Assembly: GCA_024346625.1 (NCBI GenBank)
Contig: AP024664.1
Span: 1,488,001 to 1,552,000, forward strand
Source of the DNA: Williopsis jadinii
Taxonomy: Eukaryota
DNA: 64,000 nt
Direction: 5' to 3'
Shown: one piece after another, positions 34,673 to 48,320 of the stretch
Layout: the number at the start of each line of letters is the position of its first letter
How positions within the stretch are numbered: position 1 is the stretch's first letter
Notes under the pieces: generated by a model
Told to the model about the DNA's origin: nothing
The model's database searches: none
Seen by the model: the letters and a program-made list of their open reading frames with translations, nothing else
Translations under genes and position numbers: made by a program

Positions 34673-36515
34673 CTATGCTTCTTTCAGTCCGGTCACTTCA
34701 GGCTTGAACCATTGTGATCTCAGGGCCTTCCATACTTCTATTGAAAGATTCGTAGCCTTTTCGCCCGTGGATGCCTGTGCCTCGACGTACACCTTCAGCT
34801 TAGGTTCAGTGCCTGAACCTCTCATGGTGAAGCTCACAACAACGTCCTTCTCTTCCGGCAAGTACAATCTTCCTGTTATCATCTGAGAAGTAGGGTCCAC
34901 TGGCAGGTCAGGCTTATTGTCTGCAGTGCCCAGTTGGTAGCCAATTGTGAGATCTCTCCAGTAGCCCACGTTGAACCGACCAATACGTTCTGGGTACTCG
35001 TCATAACTTGATCTTATAAACTTGTCAAATATGGTCTTAGTATAGGAGGGATCGTGGACCGTGTAGTACGAATTATACTCCTTAAAGTATCCGAACTTCT
35101 TGAACCCATCCTCCAGGACCTCCAATGCATTCGTGCCTTCTTCATACCACTGCTGGGCCATCTGTAAGAACACAATTGCTGCGCAGATACCGTCTTTGTC
35201 GTGTATGCCTGGGAACATAAATCCAATTGCCTCCTCAAACCCAAATGGAACTATATATCCATCTCGCTCTAACTCGATGGCCTTGTTCCCTATCCATTTG
35301 AACCCGGTGAGTGTATCTGTGTAATGACAGCCCAATGTTTCACTCATCGAGCGAATCATCTGCGATGAAACAGTGGAGTTCAACAAGTACACTTTATCCC
35401 ATTTCGTTTTATCAACGGTTTGAAGCATGTAAGATGCAAAAAGATAACCCAGCTCATTACCCGTTAACTGTCTCCAATTACCCCTGGAATCTTTGACCGC
35501 ACAGCTGAATCTGTCAGCATCTGGATCGTTTGCAAGAACCAAAGCAACGTTTTCCTGTGTAGCAGTTCTGATGGCCAAATCTAAAGCACCTTTTTCCTCT
35601 GGATTTGGAAACTTCACACTTGGGAAAAGTGGGTCGGGTACGCTCTGTTCCCTGACAGATCTCAAGTTCGATATACCAAGAAGGCTCGAAGCTTTGCTGA
35701 ACACTTCCAAGCCAACACCATGCATTGGGGTATAGACAAAGGGGATATCAACTTTTTTAAATACAAGGGTCGATCTGATATGGTCAATATACTTTTGAAT
35801 CACATCTTCCTTGACATATGACAGATGTGTGTCCTGATAAGCCTGCTGCATCACGTATTCCAGCTCATATGCTCGCTCAGCAGGTTTCAAATTATTCAAG
35901 ATCTCATTGGCAATCTCTTGATCGACCGGTGGTATGATCTGACACCCGTTATTCCAGTACACTTTATAACCATTGTCCAAAGCAGGATTGTGAGAGGCGG
36001 TGATCATGACACCACACGTTGCCTTGTACAAATCCACCGCAAATGGAACCAACGGAGTTGGAACAAGACCCTTATCGATATCACTATCCGACAGGAACTT
36101 CACATCGAACCCCTTCAGTATAAACGCTGTCGCAGTGATCTCTGCAAACCTCTTCGAATTCAACCGGTGATCATGGCCAACAACAACCACAGGCTCTCCA
36201 CCTTTATGGACGCTCAAGACGTATTGTGCTAGACCTTGCGATGCCTGCAGCACAGTAACATCATTCATTAGGGCAAAACCAGCGCCCATTCTGGCCCTCA
36301 GCCCAGCAGTGCCGAAATGGATACGCTTACGCAGCCTGTGCTCCAACTCCACATTATTAGACGTGTTGAAGAGGTGTTGGATCTCCCTTCTTGTCTCTGT
36401 ATTCTATAATGTTTATTATTAGTACCCGGTCGCTGTTCTCCGGCCAAAATTGGCTACTTACCCGGTCCACTGCTAACCACTGCTTCACCAGCTCATCAAT
36501 TGTGTAATCACTCAT
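34673..36515 (-). CDS. PRM15: Phosphoribomutase / phosphoglucomutase 3; exons 36515-36462 and 36403-34673
   Basis: FGTAGLR, ITASHNP, DPDADR, GFEEAIG and RGSGTEPKLK motifs. A 58-nt intron GTAAGT..TACTAAT..TAG gives MSDYTIDELVKQWLAVDR|NTETRREI. Confidence 0.93.
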
Positions 36516-37002
36516 CGTGTAACAAACCCTGTCGTCTAGAAGCTGTCTGGGTACACCTGTCTCAGAAGAATATCGTGTTTTCAGCTATCTTTATAAATAG
36601 AGCCCGGCGTGAGTAGGGGCGTTTACCGCTCTATCGCTGATCAATAGGAGGACACTATTTTTCTCTGGCGCTTCGTGTCCTAAGGAACTTGGGGCCGGGG
36701 GCGACAGTGGCTTCTGTTGCTGCCTTGACGTCCTCTCCTCGAAGATGCATACAGAAGACGTCTACGCGCACTACTCACGCCCAGCCTTTTATTAAGCCAG
36801 TTTCATCACGTTGTTCAGCCGGGAGAGCCACGTCATACTACAATGGCCATGGACTATGGATTGTCCGATGGAGCTCATTTGAGGAAACAAAACGGACTGA
36901 ATATGTGGGATATGGAGGATTTGGAAACATCATTGTCATCACGACATTAATAAGTTATTTTATTAGTGTGTTGTGTTTTTATGTGCCCGTCAAACCCAAC
37001 TA

Positions 37003-39675
37003 TTATTTACGTCTTCTTGCTCTGTAATCATCGCCAAGCTCAGCCATGTTTAGGACATTTGCCGCATACAGCATGTTGGCATGCTGTGTCTGAGCTAGGT
37101 ATTGGGCCATGATTTGGGAGCCAGTGGTGGCAAACAGATTTGAGTAAAGACCATGGTTGTTTTGCTGGTAGTGTTGTGGGTGTTGAAGACGGTCATCTGG
37201 GTAATACATCGAGCCAAAAGAAGAGGTTGATCCAGCGCGTGAGATGAAACTCTGTGAATTACTTCTTCTCGTTCCTCTGGAATATGTACGGTTGTAGTGT
37301 GGTCTGGATGATGTCGGTGTGTATGGCTGAGAAGTGATAATCTCTAACTGCGAGGAATTGCTGCTGTGAGACTCTGTAGGGGAAAGTGGTTCGTGATTGT
37401 CCCCATCGTCGCCGTGAGGTTTCGAAGAAGAAATACCCATGCTTGCAAACAACTCAACTGGAAAGGTTTCATGCTTGGAATAGTTCTCTTCCAACTCAGC
37501 TCTGTCGTTACGGGATGTTTCTGTTCTTTGCCTCTTCTTCTTAGGTTTCTTCTTCTTGCGGGCCTTTGGAGGATTTCCACAACGATCTTTACCAAAGTTG
37601 ATCTTAAACCCACGGTACCTGTTCTCAAAATACTCGTGGAAGTCGTTCTCGAAATCACCATTTGCATCTTTAACAACCTTTATGGCATGAGAAATATTCA
37701 AAAAATTCACAAAAACAGCCTTGTTATCCTTAATAAAGTTGATCTGCTCAACTTCTCCAAAACTTGAAAAATCCTTACGTATTATTGCTTCATCAGGAAG
37801 TACCTCATCGTTCTCAGCATCAGCCGATTCAGTAGATTGACCAATGTAGACATTTCTCGAAGCACCTGCAGACACCTCCAATTGTATGGAGTTGGGTAGT
37901 TGACCAGAATGATGACCCCACCCGATTTTCAATCTTCTGGAATGAAGAATTATTGGGTGTATGTTTGCGTTGGCAAAGAACTGCGCTGCAGCCTCTGCTT
38001 CCACAAATGTCATAAAACACATCTTTCTCTCCGGAAGGAACCGTATCACTTGAAGTAAACCACCACGTACTGTATTACAAATGTCCTCAACCTTTGTTGA
38101 TGGGTCTAGATTTGAGATACAAATCGTTCTGTTTCCAATGTTCTCAAGGCCTCCAGATGTTGATGCAACTGCAGCAGCAGTGACAGACTTTTGGTTCAAG
38201 GCGTTAACAATGCTATCTTCAGCAAGAGGATGGAAACTTTCTGAGTATGGGGATTCACATAGTTCACTGCCAAATCCCTCAGTTTGGCCATAAGCACTTG
38301 CAGTTTCATCTAGATACACATCTGAGTAGCAAACCGGTGTTTGAACCGGTATTGCTACAGGTGGAGGATCCACATAACATTCATCAGTCAACGAGCGGGC
38401 AAACTTATCATTTTCCACAGAACATCTATCAGGTCCATAGAAAATCTTGCAATTTTCCCATTCAGAGCTGAAAGAGAGCTGCTCAACAGCTTTTATAGCT
38501 GATGCAACGTTTGTGAAATGCACAAATGCGAACACCTCCTTTTCTTCTCCAGTACCCTTATCAATCAAGTCAATCTTGTCAATGATTCCAAACTTGGTGA
38601 GCTCACTTGATAAAAACTCCGTGGATATATGCCTGTTTAACTGGGTCAAATTACCAATGTAAACGTTTCTTGTTGCACCATCGTTGTTAATTGCATTTGC
38701 AATGAACGGTAATAGCTTCTTGCAATTGGCGAAATTGATTGTCAAATCTGGAGAGTGGATAGAATCTTTGAACTTGGCAAAATACGTCAAGAGGTTATTG
38801 TAGAAATGCAAACACGTTTCAACCTTTAGAAAAGTAAGAGCAATCGAATTAACGCCTGGGTCTGGGTAATCCTCAGCAATTCTTGCACTCTCAATAGGGC
38901 CAAACTTCACGCAGTCCAAAAAGTTCGTAATTGAAACACTTGGATCAACGGACGACATAATGATCGATCTAGTCGGCGTTTTGGACACATTGATAGCGCT
39001 AAAAGACGCCGTGTTGGGGGAATTCAAGTTGTAGAACGAACTTTCACTGGAGTTTGGATGGAAAACCAGGGGATGAGGGGGCTGATAATCAAAGGTTGAT
39101 TCACCTAAAGAGCTCGTGGACGACGTACCAGATGGCTTACTTCCCTTCGTCTTGTTCTTCAACGGGGTATTGATTGCATCATCTGCATCAATATCTTGCT
39201 GCTCTTCATCCACCGGTAACGACGCGTCTTGGATACCATCTGGTCCATTTTCAACCGCTTCTTCCTCGTGTACCTGTGCGAGTGTGAGCTTCTTCACGTT
39301 GTGTCTGCCAACACCACGAGCAGATGCGCCAGACGATTGCATACCTCTACGTTCAGGTAAAGATAATACCGGGACATACCCTGGCTGTTGCGGCAGGTTG
39401 TATGGAACCTGTTGAACAGACACATGCGAAGGATAGACTTGTTGCTGTTGAATAGCACCATATGGCACTCTTCCATTTGGCACGCTGCCGCCCTGGCGAT
39501 ACCCACTATACCTGTATTTTGGAATCGGTGATATTGGTGTTGAGGACACAAACGGTGATGATGCCAGCAGGTGTCTTGGTAACAGCGACGCACCATAGGT
39601 CACATCGAAAGGTGATTGTGGAGGCACTGACGGGATGTCTGTGTAATACTGCTGGTGGTATGGATTGTATTGCAT
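37003..39675 (-). CDS. NAB6: Multi-RRM mRNA-binding protein, Nab6 (Mrn1-related)
   Basis: RRMs with ATRNVYIGNL, GNRTICISNL..RGG.L and RRLKIGWGHHSG..GASRNVYIG, and a C-terminal SGSQIMAQYLAQ-like motif. First ATG at 39675. Syntenic with VAN1 and ATR1. Confidence 0.82.
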   Translation of the reverse strand: MQYNPYHQQYYTDIPSVPPQSPFDVTYGASLLPRHLLASSPFVSSTPISPIPKYRYSGYRQGGSVPNGRVPYGAIQQQQVYPSHVSVQQVPYNLPQQPGYVPVLSLPERRGMQSSGASARGVGRHNVKKLTLAQVHEEEAVENGPDGIQDASLPVDEEQQDIDADDAINTPLKNKTKGSKPSGTSSTSSLGESTFDYQPPHPLVFHPNSSESSFYNLNSPNTASFSAINVSKTPTRSIIMSSVDPSVSITNFLDCVKFGPIESARIAEDYPDPGVNSIALTFLKVETCLHFYNNLLTYFAKFKDSIHSPDLTINFANCKKLLPFIANAINNDGATRNVYIGNLTQLNRHISTEFLSSELTKFGIIDKIDLIDKGTGEEKEVFAFVHFTNVASAIKAVEQLSFSSEWENCKIFYGPDRCSVENDKFARSLTDECYVDPPPVAIPVQTPVCYSDVYLDETASAYGQTEGFGSELCESPYSESFHPLAEDSIVNALNQKSVTAAAVASTSGGLENIGNRTICISNLDPSTKVEDICNTVRGGLLQVIRFLPERKMCFMTFVEAEAAAQFFANANIHPIILHSRRLKIGWGHHSGQLPNSIQLEVSAGASRNVYIGQSTESADAENDEVLPDEAIIRKDFSSFGEVEQINFIKDNKAVFVNFLNISHAIKVVKDANGDFENDFHEYFENRYRGFKINFGKDRCGNPPKARKKKKPKKKRQRTETSRNDRAELEENYSKHETFPVELFASMGISSSKPHGDDGDNHEPLSPTESHSSNSSQLEIITSQPYTPTSSRPHYNRTYSRGTRRSNSQSFISRAGSTSSFGSMYYPDDRLQHPQHYQQNNHGLYSNLFATTGSQIMAQYLAQTQHANMLYAANVLNMAELGDDYRARRRK

Positions 39676-42600
39676 CGTTTTTGTCAACTTCTACTAAGCG
39701 AGAGACTGAATATACACCAGGAAATGTCACAGTTGTGCAGGTGGTTTGCTACCTTTTCTTCTTATTCTTCTTCCTCTTCTGCGCGTGTGTTCTTTTTTTT
39801 TTTTCGTGGCTGTCCTTGTGCCCACGGTAGTCCTTGCTGCTCTTTTAGTTCCCTCTGGTGGGTTCACAACAAGACAATGAAACAAAACAGAATGGCAACA
39901 AATTGAAAAATATACACAAGGGATTTGTATATTCAAAGAAGCTTTCGTCCTTCTCTTCGGTTCCTCCAATTACCAACTATGGTTTTTTTCGTTGACCAAG
40001 TTTTGGTTGAGATTCGAAGCAGAAAAGGGAAATCTTGAAATTTTAAACTTCTCCTTTGTCCTAAAAACAGACTGAAAAGCACAGACCGGCGCGCCCCCTT
40101 AGATACAAAGAAAAAGACGTCCGGTGTATTAATTTGTCTCAGAATTTTTTGGTCCTCTCTGTGTTTCCCTAAAGAGAAGCAGGGATAAAGAGACAGAAGA
40201 TCCTTCTGATTAAGGTTTAATACTCTAATTGAGTTGATGTGGAATAAGTGGCAATAGTGCGGTTGGAAAGGAATCACGGATACTCTGGCCAGGCGGAGGG
40301 AGATTTGGAGTCGACTAACTAAGAAATAAGTTTCAAAGGACATACGATGTTGGGACGGGGAGGAATTGGTTTAGTCCATCATCCTAAAGAGGACATTGCG
40401 TTCAAGGTTGTATCCAAAAGATGCTTCGACGTACCTGTATGAGACATGCGGGCGTAATTGTGGACGACGTGTCTTGGTCTCTGATGTGCATATTTTGTGA
40501 AATTCTCTTGCGAAACATTATGGAAAAATTGTTCAATTTTGCCCCGTGCGTTATGCTGAGATTTGAGAGATCTCTCAATACGCGTGCATTTTAGACAGGC
40601 GCTGTTAGAAAAAAGACAAATATGGGAGGGCTAGGTTGAAAACTTTAAAATTGGAAGTTGAAACAGTTAGACCGCCCACAGTCCGGCATGGAAATATCAT
40701 CTTTTTTAAAGTTTCTACCCAAAAATTAAGGAAATAGGCTTTGCTAAATTTAGAAGGACACGTCAAGTTGAGCAGATGGGTTATACATGTTCGGATCTTG
40801 GATGTATATGCTAAAGTCTATTGCATGTAAGAAACAACATTATATTGGAATGTTTGAGAGATACATCAAGAATGTAAGCTCAAGTACCACGGCGATTCAA
40901 TGAACGGAGGAAAACCTCCTATCTATATACCCAGTTCTTGCCATTTCTAGATTTTCCATGCTTGATCAACGTGTCTGAGTGCACTGACTAGGTACTAGTA
41001 CGTACATAACAAGTGCATTCGAAGAAATAAACTTCTACATACCGCAGGTGCCCTGCCAACTTTATTGCTGGCGTAGCACCGCGGGTGGTGGCTTTTAAAT
41101 AATTGTGTGCTTTTGAGGTCAGTAAGAGTTACAGACTACTATTTAATGACAGTCACATGGAGACGAGGACAGGAATCGCTTGTTGATACACTCTTTCCAT
41201 CTAGAGCTTTTGAGACGAGCTTCTAGGTGGGAATATCATTGTGTAAGTTGATTGGACGTGTTCGGTGTTCACTAACAGAGAGGTTATGTTCGCATATTAA
41301 CACTGACTATTTATGGCACGACTCATTTTGTAAACTCTATTAGTCGTGAAGACAGGTCAGATCTATGAAATGTCACTTTTGGTACAAAAACCACACGATC
41401 TGACATCAAATAATACCTTAGAGATATTTTTTTGTTGCTTGCGATATGTACTAAACCAAAAAGCTGTTCTGTTACACGTAAATATACGTACATTAGCTAG
41501 TGTGCGCTTGTTTGACTGTGATGAACTGTGCTGCGATAGATTATTCAATTCCCTTTTTTGAAATTTTAATATTGTTGAGCTTGCAGGCACTACATATGCA
41601 TAGTACTGTACATGTATTTGTGCGCAATGACTTATGAAGCAAGTAGTAATAAGCCGTAAGGACGCGTGAGAACGGATCTACTGGCTGAAATGACCCGCCT
41701 TGAATAACATATTTGAACGATGATATTAAGAGTTAAGGCTTGGACAAGTTGGATAAGGGACCCTTAGGCAAAAGGATATGCTTGTGTTGGTAGCAAAAGC
41801 CTCTATTTCAAATGCTCAGCGGTACATTAACCTCCACAGTCATCAACAGTAATATCGTACCCCAGAATTTTCGGTCGATATCATTATCGATACCCAAGAT
41901 AACAAAGATTACCTGACATAGTTCGTAACTGAAACGAAACAAGGCGAAATTCGTGTGGTGACTTTGGTCATGAGTCAAGAAGTCAAAATTCGTCTCAGAA
42001 TGATCAAGGCATGCTGATATGCCGTAATGCCATTCACTAAAATTATCTAAACGGTTTGTGTGCGTGGTGAACAATGAACAACGAAGACCAGAAACCAAAT
42101 ATTGGGTCTCCTGAGTGTAACCAACGCTTTCTTTGGCTATGAGTTTGCTTGGCCCTAGGTCATATGTGATAACCAGATAAAACCACAATCTAATTCTGTA
42201 TATTCATTCTAACCTTGACTTACGAGATCTTAAGTCCTAGAAGGCGTACCAGTAAAGATCAACAGGTAGCATACGTTGAATCACAACGTACTCTCCCTCC
42301 CAGTTATAAGTTGTACACGGTTAGAAACAGCTGTACCGTCTTTGACAGAGTTGAACCAACAACAATATGCTAATGACGTAATCTTATCAGACAATAGAGG
42401 TCACACTTAAACGGTCACTTCCATACAAGGGATATGAAGTAAGGACAAAAAGAGAGGTGATTAACATTCAATTCTATGTAACTTCTGAGTTAAAATATGT
42501 CCCTTTTGCAATAAGGCAACTTACAAAAAGATGAAATTGCTTGGAGAGAAGCCACACAACTCAGAGAGACCATATTATCATCAGCCCAAGGCCTCAGTGC

Positions 42601-44488
42601 CAGTTGCAGGTAAAAATACGACTTTTACAAAGGCTTCAACTGCAGTAAAAAAATCCAATATGCAGAAACAACCTGTGTCAGTAACTAACAATTAAAAACT
42701 TTACATGCTTGGAACTTTTAACCAGCTTGCAATATACTTCGCTTTCCAAATCATAATTTGGTACCATTCGAATATGGACCTCGTACACAACTACACCAAA
42801 TTGCTACTCACCAAACCTGGAGATGTTCCAATACAATTAAGTTTTTTATGGTCTAAGCAGTGGGCGTATAAGCGGTCACGGCTTTCAACCACTAAGGTGT
42901 AGGCGTCGTACTTATGGTCCATGCTGCATACGCTCCACTAGTGTTAGGTTGGCCCTCGGTGCATATTAAACCGAATCGTGTCCTCTTCACGTCGTGGAAG
43001 AGTTTCGACAATACTAAATCAACCACAGGATCCAAGCCGATGTGGATTGAAGGATTTCTGTATTACTAACACCGCAAAGTCGTACTCACTCCTTGTTGAC
43101 GATAGTAGAACTTTGGTACGGAAGAAATGGATCAAAACGGTATAGCGAAATAAAGTTCATAGAGTTAATCCTCACAAACCATAAGGAGAAGGAATGTAAA
43201 GTGAGAATTATTAAGCTTTCGAACAACGACGCCGATCCCTTCAAGATACACCCATTTTGGAGTACATGCTAGCCACAGCAAATCAGTAATGAAGGAACTG
43301 CAACCAAGCACCCCTTTCTTTACCTTGGAATACCGAAAACAGTTAGTGGTAACATGTGAAGCAACTAATACGGATTGTGGGCTCTAATGGACATACGCAA
43401 CTGTATGGCTCGTTACAGATACTCGAATTAACTTCTTCTCAACTCTAAAAGGACGTCAAATTCACACGTAAGTTCAAGGTACTTTAATTGCTGTGGTAAA
43501 TTATGTTGGGCGTGTGTCTCATATTAGACCATATGTATGTCCCAAATCACTGCAGTAACAACTCAGTATGTCGATCCCTGATGAGCTAATGCCACTTGAA
43601 ATCTTGACCGTCTGAGAACCTCTTTAAGTGTGTATACTTTTGCAGTTGGCTGCGATGATGTGCAGAGCTTGTATATATCTATTTGATGTTTTTGGATGAA
43701 ACAGTAAATTCAAGGTTTAATACTGCCATAGCCCATATGCTAAAACCGGTGATGTATGGACTGGTACAGGATCTCACGCTAACGTCAAATTACGCCCACC
43801 TGGAGCATGGTTTGAAAACTTGTGTTCATCATTATGAAATATTACCACCTCATGGTGCGTCAAAGATCAGCAAACTACAGCTGGGCATGAATCTACATTC
43901 GATCTCCCAATTGCAAAAAACAAGGCAAAAAGACCATAGTAGGACTAGACGAGTGATGAAACCTCTACTTGTTTACTGAATGATATAAAATGAGATAAGA
44001 ATCGTCAAGCGTTTCAAATGCTTCTTTCCACCAATTGATCAGAGGACGCGCGATGAAGTGTACACCGTCTATTCAACTCATAAGGGACTCGAGGATTGGT
44101 AATGCTTAACCAAGCACGTTAATAAGTTATATTGCAACTCTAATTGGGAAGATCGAATGACTGCTAATGTCCACACTGGATTCAAATGCTTGAGGCACTC
44201 GTTCATATTGAGCATCATGTCTTGCTTCATAGACGGTGCTCTCGATCACCATGGGGGATCAGATTTCGACTTGCAATGATCCACTCCTCCATGATTCCAT
44301 AATGTGACAGCATTTAGGCGGAAGCCCACTCTCCAAGCCACACTGCCCAGGATCCGGTTCACGCATACAAACGTTAAGATAGAGAGACCATCTAAGTTAT
44401 TTAACACTAACAATAGACTCTACGAGGCCAATTAGAATGATAAAAACATAGACACCTAGATATATTCGTCACTGGGCCATATCACTAC

Positions 44489-47400
44489 TTACATACTGTT
44501 TTGCCAATCAAATAGAGTTGCACTACCCTTCTTGCTGTGGGTTTGCGGTTCAGCTTTAACATCGGCAGCAGCATAATTGTTATAGGAAGTATAGCCACCA
44601 GCTGCCAAATTGCTTGTAGATGTAGTTGTGGAACCAGCACCAAACTCTATAGGAAGATCAAAGTCTAACCACGGAGCTAAACCCAAGGAACCATCTGCAG
44701 CGAAATCTAACTCCATATGGTCATCAGTACTGACATCGGATACGACAGATGGTGCCACTTTATTCATGGAGTAATCGAAATGTGACTGCCCTAGAGGCGT
44801 GCCGAACGCACTGCCATTAGATGCATTGTTGTTGCCGCTATTTTGCATGGAGACTGGTATTCTGTGACTAGTAACGGATGATGCATAGCTCTCTGAGACA
44901 ATGGGAGGTACCGACTCCAGTTGTGATAGCATCTGAGAGATTGAATTATCATCAACATCAATATTGAAGTCTTGTGAATTGTGCAATGGCGACGGATTGG
45001 TACATCCACTGTTATTACGTTGAGTCGGTATTGGTGTCGTTGCCTTTTCAGCTTTAACTTTGGTCTTCTTCTCACTGATAGATCCATTACGTTGTCTAGT
45101 GTTTTCACTCTTTGACGCCAAAATTGCTTCAACGGCATTCTCCAACAAATTGACACAATTCTTTGACAAATTTCCTGGTATTTCATTTACATTTTCATCC
45201 TTCAATTCATTAACAATGTCTTGTAGAACATTCTTCGACTCCTGGAATAAAGCACCTCCACGGGTATACTCTAGTGCTCCTTTTGCACTTAGTACAGCCA
45301 AGCGTGTCTTTGTTCTGGTGATGTTTATTGGCACCGGCAAATAATACATCTTCTTTGTATAAAAGTTGGATAGAATATTCAACATTGCCATGGTACACTG
45401 CTGAACAACGATATACGATGCACTTCCACGAGAGCCATTCACTTCCGATGCAAGTATAGGAAGGTGGATCAGCATTTTGGCGTTATAATAAAGCAAAACC
45501 AATAACGACACTTTAGAATCTTGCTGTGATAATTGTGTGTCCTTCAGCATTCCATTCACGTCAAGATTGAACTTCAAGTTAGGTGGTAAATCGCGTCTCC
45601 ATGAGTCTAACAAACCTTCATGAATAAGAGTCTGTTCATGTAGCAACCCACTTCCGCTCGATTTGGAATGTCTCTTGAAGATGAAGTCCAATATATTTCC
45701 CAAAACTTTAGAGTATCTCATAATTGCCAAAGACAAATTGCAAACTTTACCAACAAGACTCACTTTGTTATTGTTAACCACAAGGATGTTCACATTATTG
45801 TCATCATCTAGATTATCATTAGCAAATGGCAATGCGCATTCAATTTCGTAATCTTTCAATAATCTAGGAACACCGAGTTGTAAAGATGCAAATGCATCTA
45901 AAGTATAGATGCACCAAAATAAAATACGACGTTCACTTTGTTGGAACTTTGACACTGCTGAACCTGTATTTCCCAGAACAGCAGAAGGACATCTGTGCAA
46001 TCTCAACTGTTGGGCCATTGTTATCACACGCCCTCTTAAAGCATATGATGTGATCACATCACCTGTGTTCAAGCAGTACAACAGAGCCAAGGAAAGTATT
46101 TGTAAAGATTGGATAGAGCATGTTGTTGCGATGTTTGAATTGATCAACTGATGAATCAAGTAGTCATAGAATAGAATCAAATCACGGTCGCAGTGTGGTC
46201 CATCTTGATTTTTCTGCGAGAACAATGCTAATTGAATGACGATGATCAATATAGCACCAAATCTTTCCTTATGTAGCATTGTATTGTCGATGAACTTGTT
46301 CTCCAACGACCTCGAGAATTGGACATAGTGTTGTAAGAAGTCATTTTTATCAATGATCGGTGCAATTGTCCCCCATTCTTGGAAGAAAACGGTGATGAGT
46401 TGGTCAATCTGTACACTTGATGGCAGTTTCAAGTTGTTGAAGAACAAATTTGACTCGGCTGAAGAGATGTTCTTGAAGTTAATGTTTGTGAAATTTATAA
46501 CATTGTTCTGTTTCAGCTGGACTGACTTGGAAACTTTTGGAATCTCCTTCAACGCAGCCATTGTGCTTGCCGTTGAAAGACAGGCTTTACTGTCAAATCC
46601 ATGAACTTCACCAATTTTGGATAATAAGCTTGGAATGAATAAAGTCTCTTCTGTGCTTCTTGGAACGGACATTGCAACCAAATTTGCCAATTGTAACCTT
46701 TTGCCACCACCGTTATTCATTCTAGCAATCGCCAAAGCAGCATTCAGTCCTGGTGCTTGACTCTGTTCGAATGAAACACTATTCGGGTTGCAAACGTGGT
46801 CAATGTCCGAAACGCTTCCAGCATATGACATAGAATCATCATCTGTGAAATCGCCATTTTCCAAATCCACTGAGCCAGCAATAGATACCGGTCTTTCGTG
46901 GACAGAGTGTGGATAGTTTGAGCAACAGCCAGGCCCTGTATGTACATGTCCTTCGTCGATGTTATTGTCGATGTAATTGGTGGAGTCTCCAACGATGCGC
47001 GAGTCATCGCCTCGTGTACTATGAGACGTATTCAGCAGCTTCAAATTCGATGAGCTTAGTGGCTGTCTAGTTGAGTCCACTTTCGACAGCAGATCCATCT
47101 GTTCATCCTTTTGATCTAACAGTGCCAGTAGCTTCTTGTTCTCAGCCTCTAGTTCTCGAACCCTCTCCTCTAACGTCTCGGTATACCCTCTTGGGAACGC
47201 ACGCCTGGATAGTCTATCCGACACTTTACACTCAAACCCAACAGCAGCGCACTGCGAGCACTGAGGCCTTTTACCATCACATCTGGTCTTCTTTAGACGG
47301 CATCTATCACACGCCTGGGCCACACGTTCCACTTGCGATCCTGGTGTGCGTATAACTTTTCTAAATCACGCCAGGGGTTAGTATCGACACTATGCCGGGG

Positions 47401-47553
47401 ATGAAAGACTGCGAAAACACACACGCAGACAAAAGAAGCTTGGTTAGACTCACACGCCGCCACTCTCAACGGGGACAACGACAAACATCCAGTGGCTGTG
47501 ATGGTGTAATGAATGAAAGATACTCACGTCTTCGGTGCTTTATTGTCCTTCAT
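44489..47553 (-). CDS. CAT8: Zn(II)2Cys6 gluconeogenesis activator; exons 47553-47528 and 47360-44489
   Basis: [74 protein letters not shown] and AADGSLGL. A 167-nt intron GTGAGT..TACTAAC..TAG gives [22 protein letters not shown]. Confidence 0.95.
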
Positions 47554-47681
47554 AAGGGAGAAAAGCTGCGGTGTTCTGTTCACCAAAATTGGATGAGTCT
47601 TACAACGATTTGGTCGGTTTGTATTTGAACTTTTTTTTCGTCTTCTTCAAAGCGAAAGTATCAAAAGGAAAAAAGAAAAGT

Positions 47682-48320
47682 CTGGGGTAGCGTCGGCAGT
47701 CTGAGGGGGGCCGGGACAAGACAAAAAAATATCAGCACCGAGAATGCGAGACAAGAAAAAAAAACTGGACAAAAGAGAAGTCTTTTTGGCTGTTTTCCTT
47801 CCTCACTGGAGTTGGCTTCCTTTTGACAAGATTGTGCTGTACTGTGTCTGTGCCTTTCTTTATTACAATGAAAATGATAAAATGAGAACGAAAAGAGCCA
47901 AACAGACACACTCGTTGAGGAACTTGAACTTTGTCTTTTTGTCCCGTGTTTTTCTGCCTAGTCCAGTGTTTTTTTTGGTTTGAAACCTCTTTTCGGTAGA
48001 TCTAAGCGTGGGAATGTGTAGGCAGAAGGAGAAAATTTTAGGCGGGAGGATGATAATTGTCGGCTTGTTTGTCCAATGAGATTACGGGCTTCGTCTTCTC
48101 TTTTTTGGGCCATAGAGGAAACGAATAAGCCTTAAAGCCTCCCTGTTTGGTGCCAAGTGGAACACGGAGTGCGCAATATTGCTCCTTCTCCCTCCCAGAG
48201 GAAAAATAGAGCTTATGACGTATGGCTTTGCTGTGTAGCTTTGCTGTAAAGCTTTGCTGTGTGATTTGAGGTATCAATAGAGCTCGGCGGGGTGACTAAT
48301 TTTTTTCGTACCGGCCCCAG
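47682..48320. promoter_or_regulatory. Mig1/CreA-type SYGGRG boxes between CAT8 and the divergent transposase-like gene
   Basis: CTGGGG at 47682-47687 after an A-rich run, GCGGGG at 48287-48292, CCCCAG at 48315-48320. CAT8 is a known Mig1 target in S. cerevisiae. Confidence 0.45.
48225..48263 (+). repeat. Three tandem 13-bp units with the core GCTTTGCTGT
   Basis: gctttgctgtgta-gctttgctgtaaa-gctttgctgtgtg. Confidence 0.85.

Noticed and set aside
39933..43979. Short ORFs in the second long intergenic region; possible Ty or LTR remnants
   Set aside because: No recognisable motifs, no gag/pol fragments and no TG..CA direct repeats seen.
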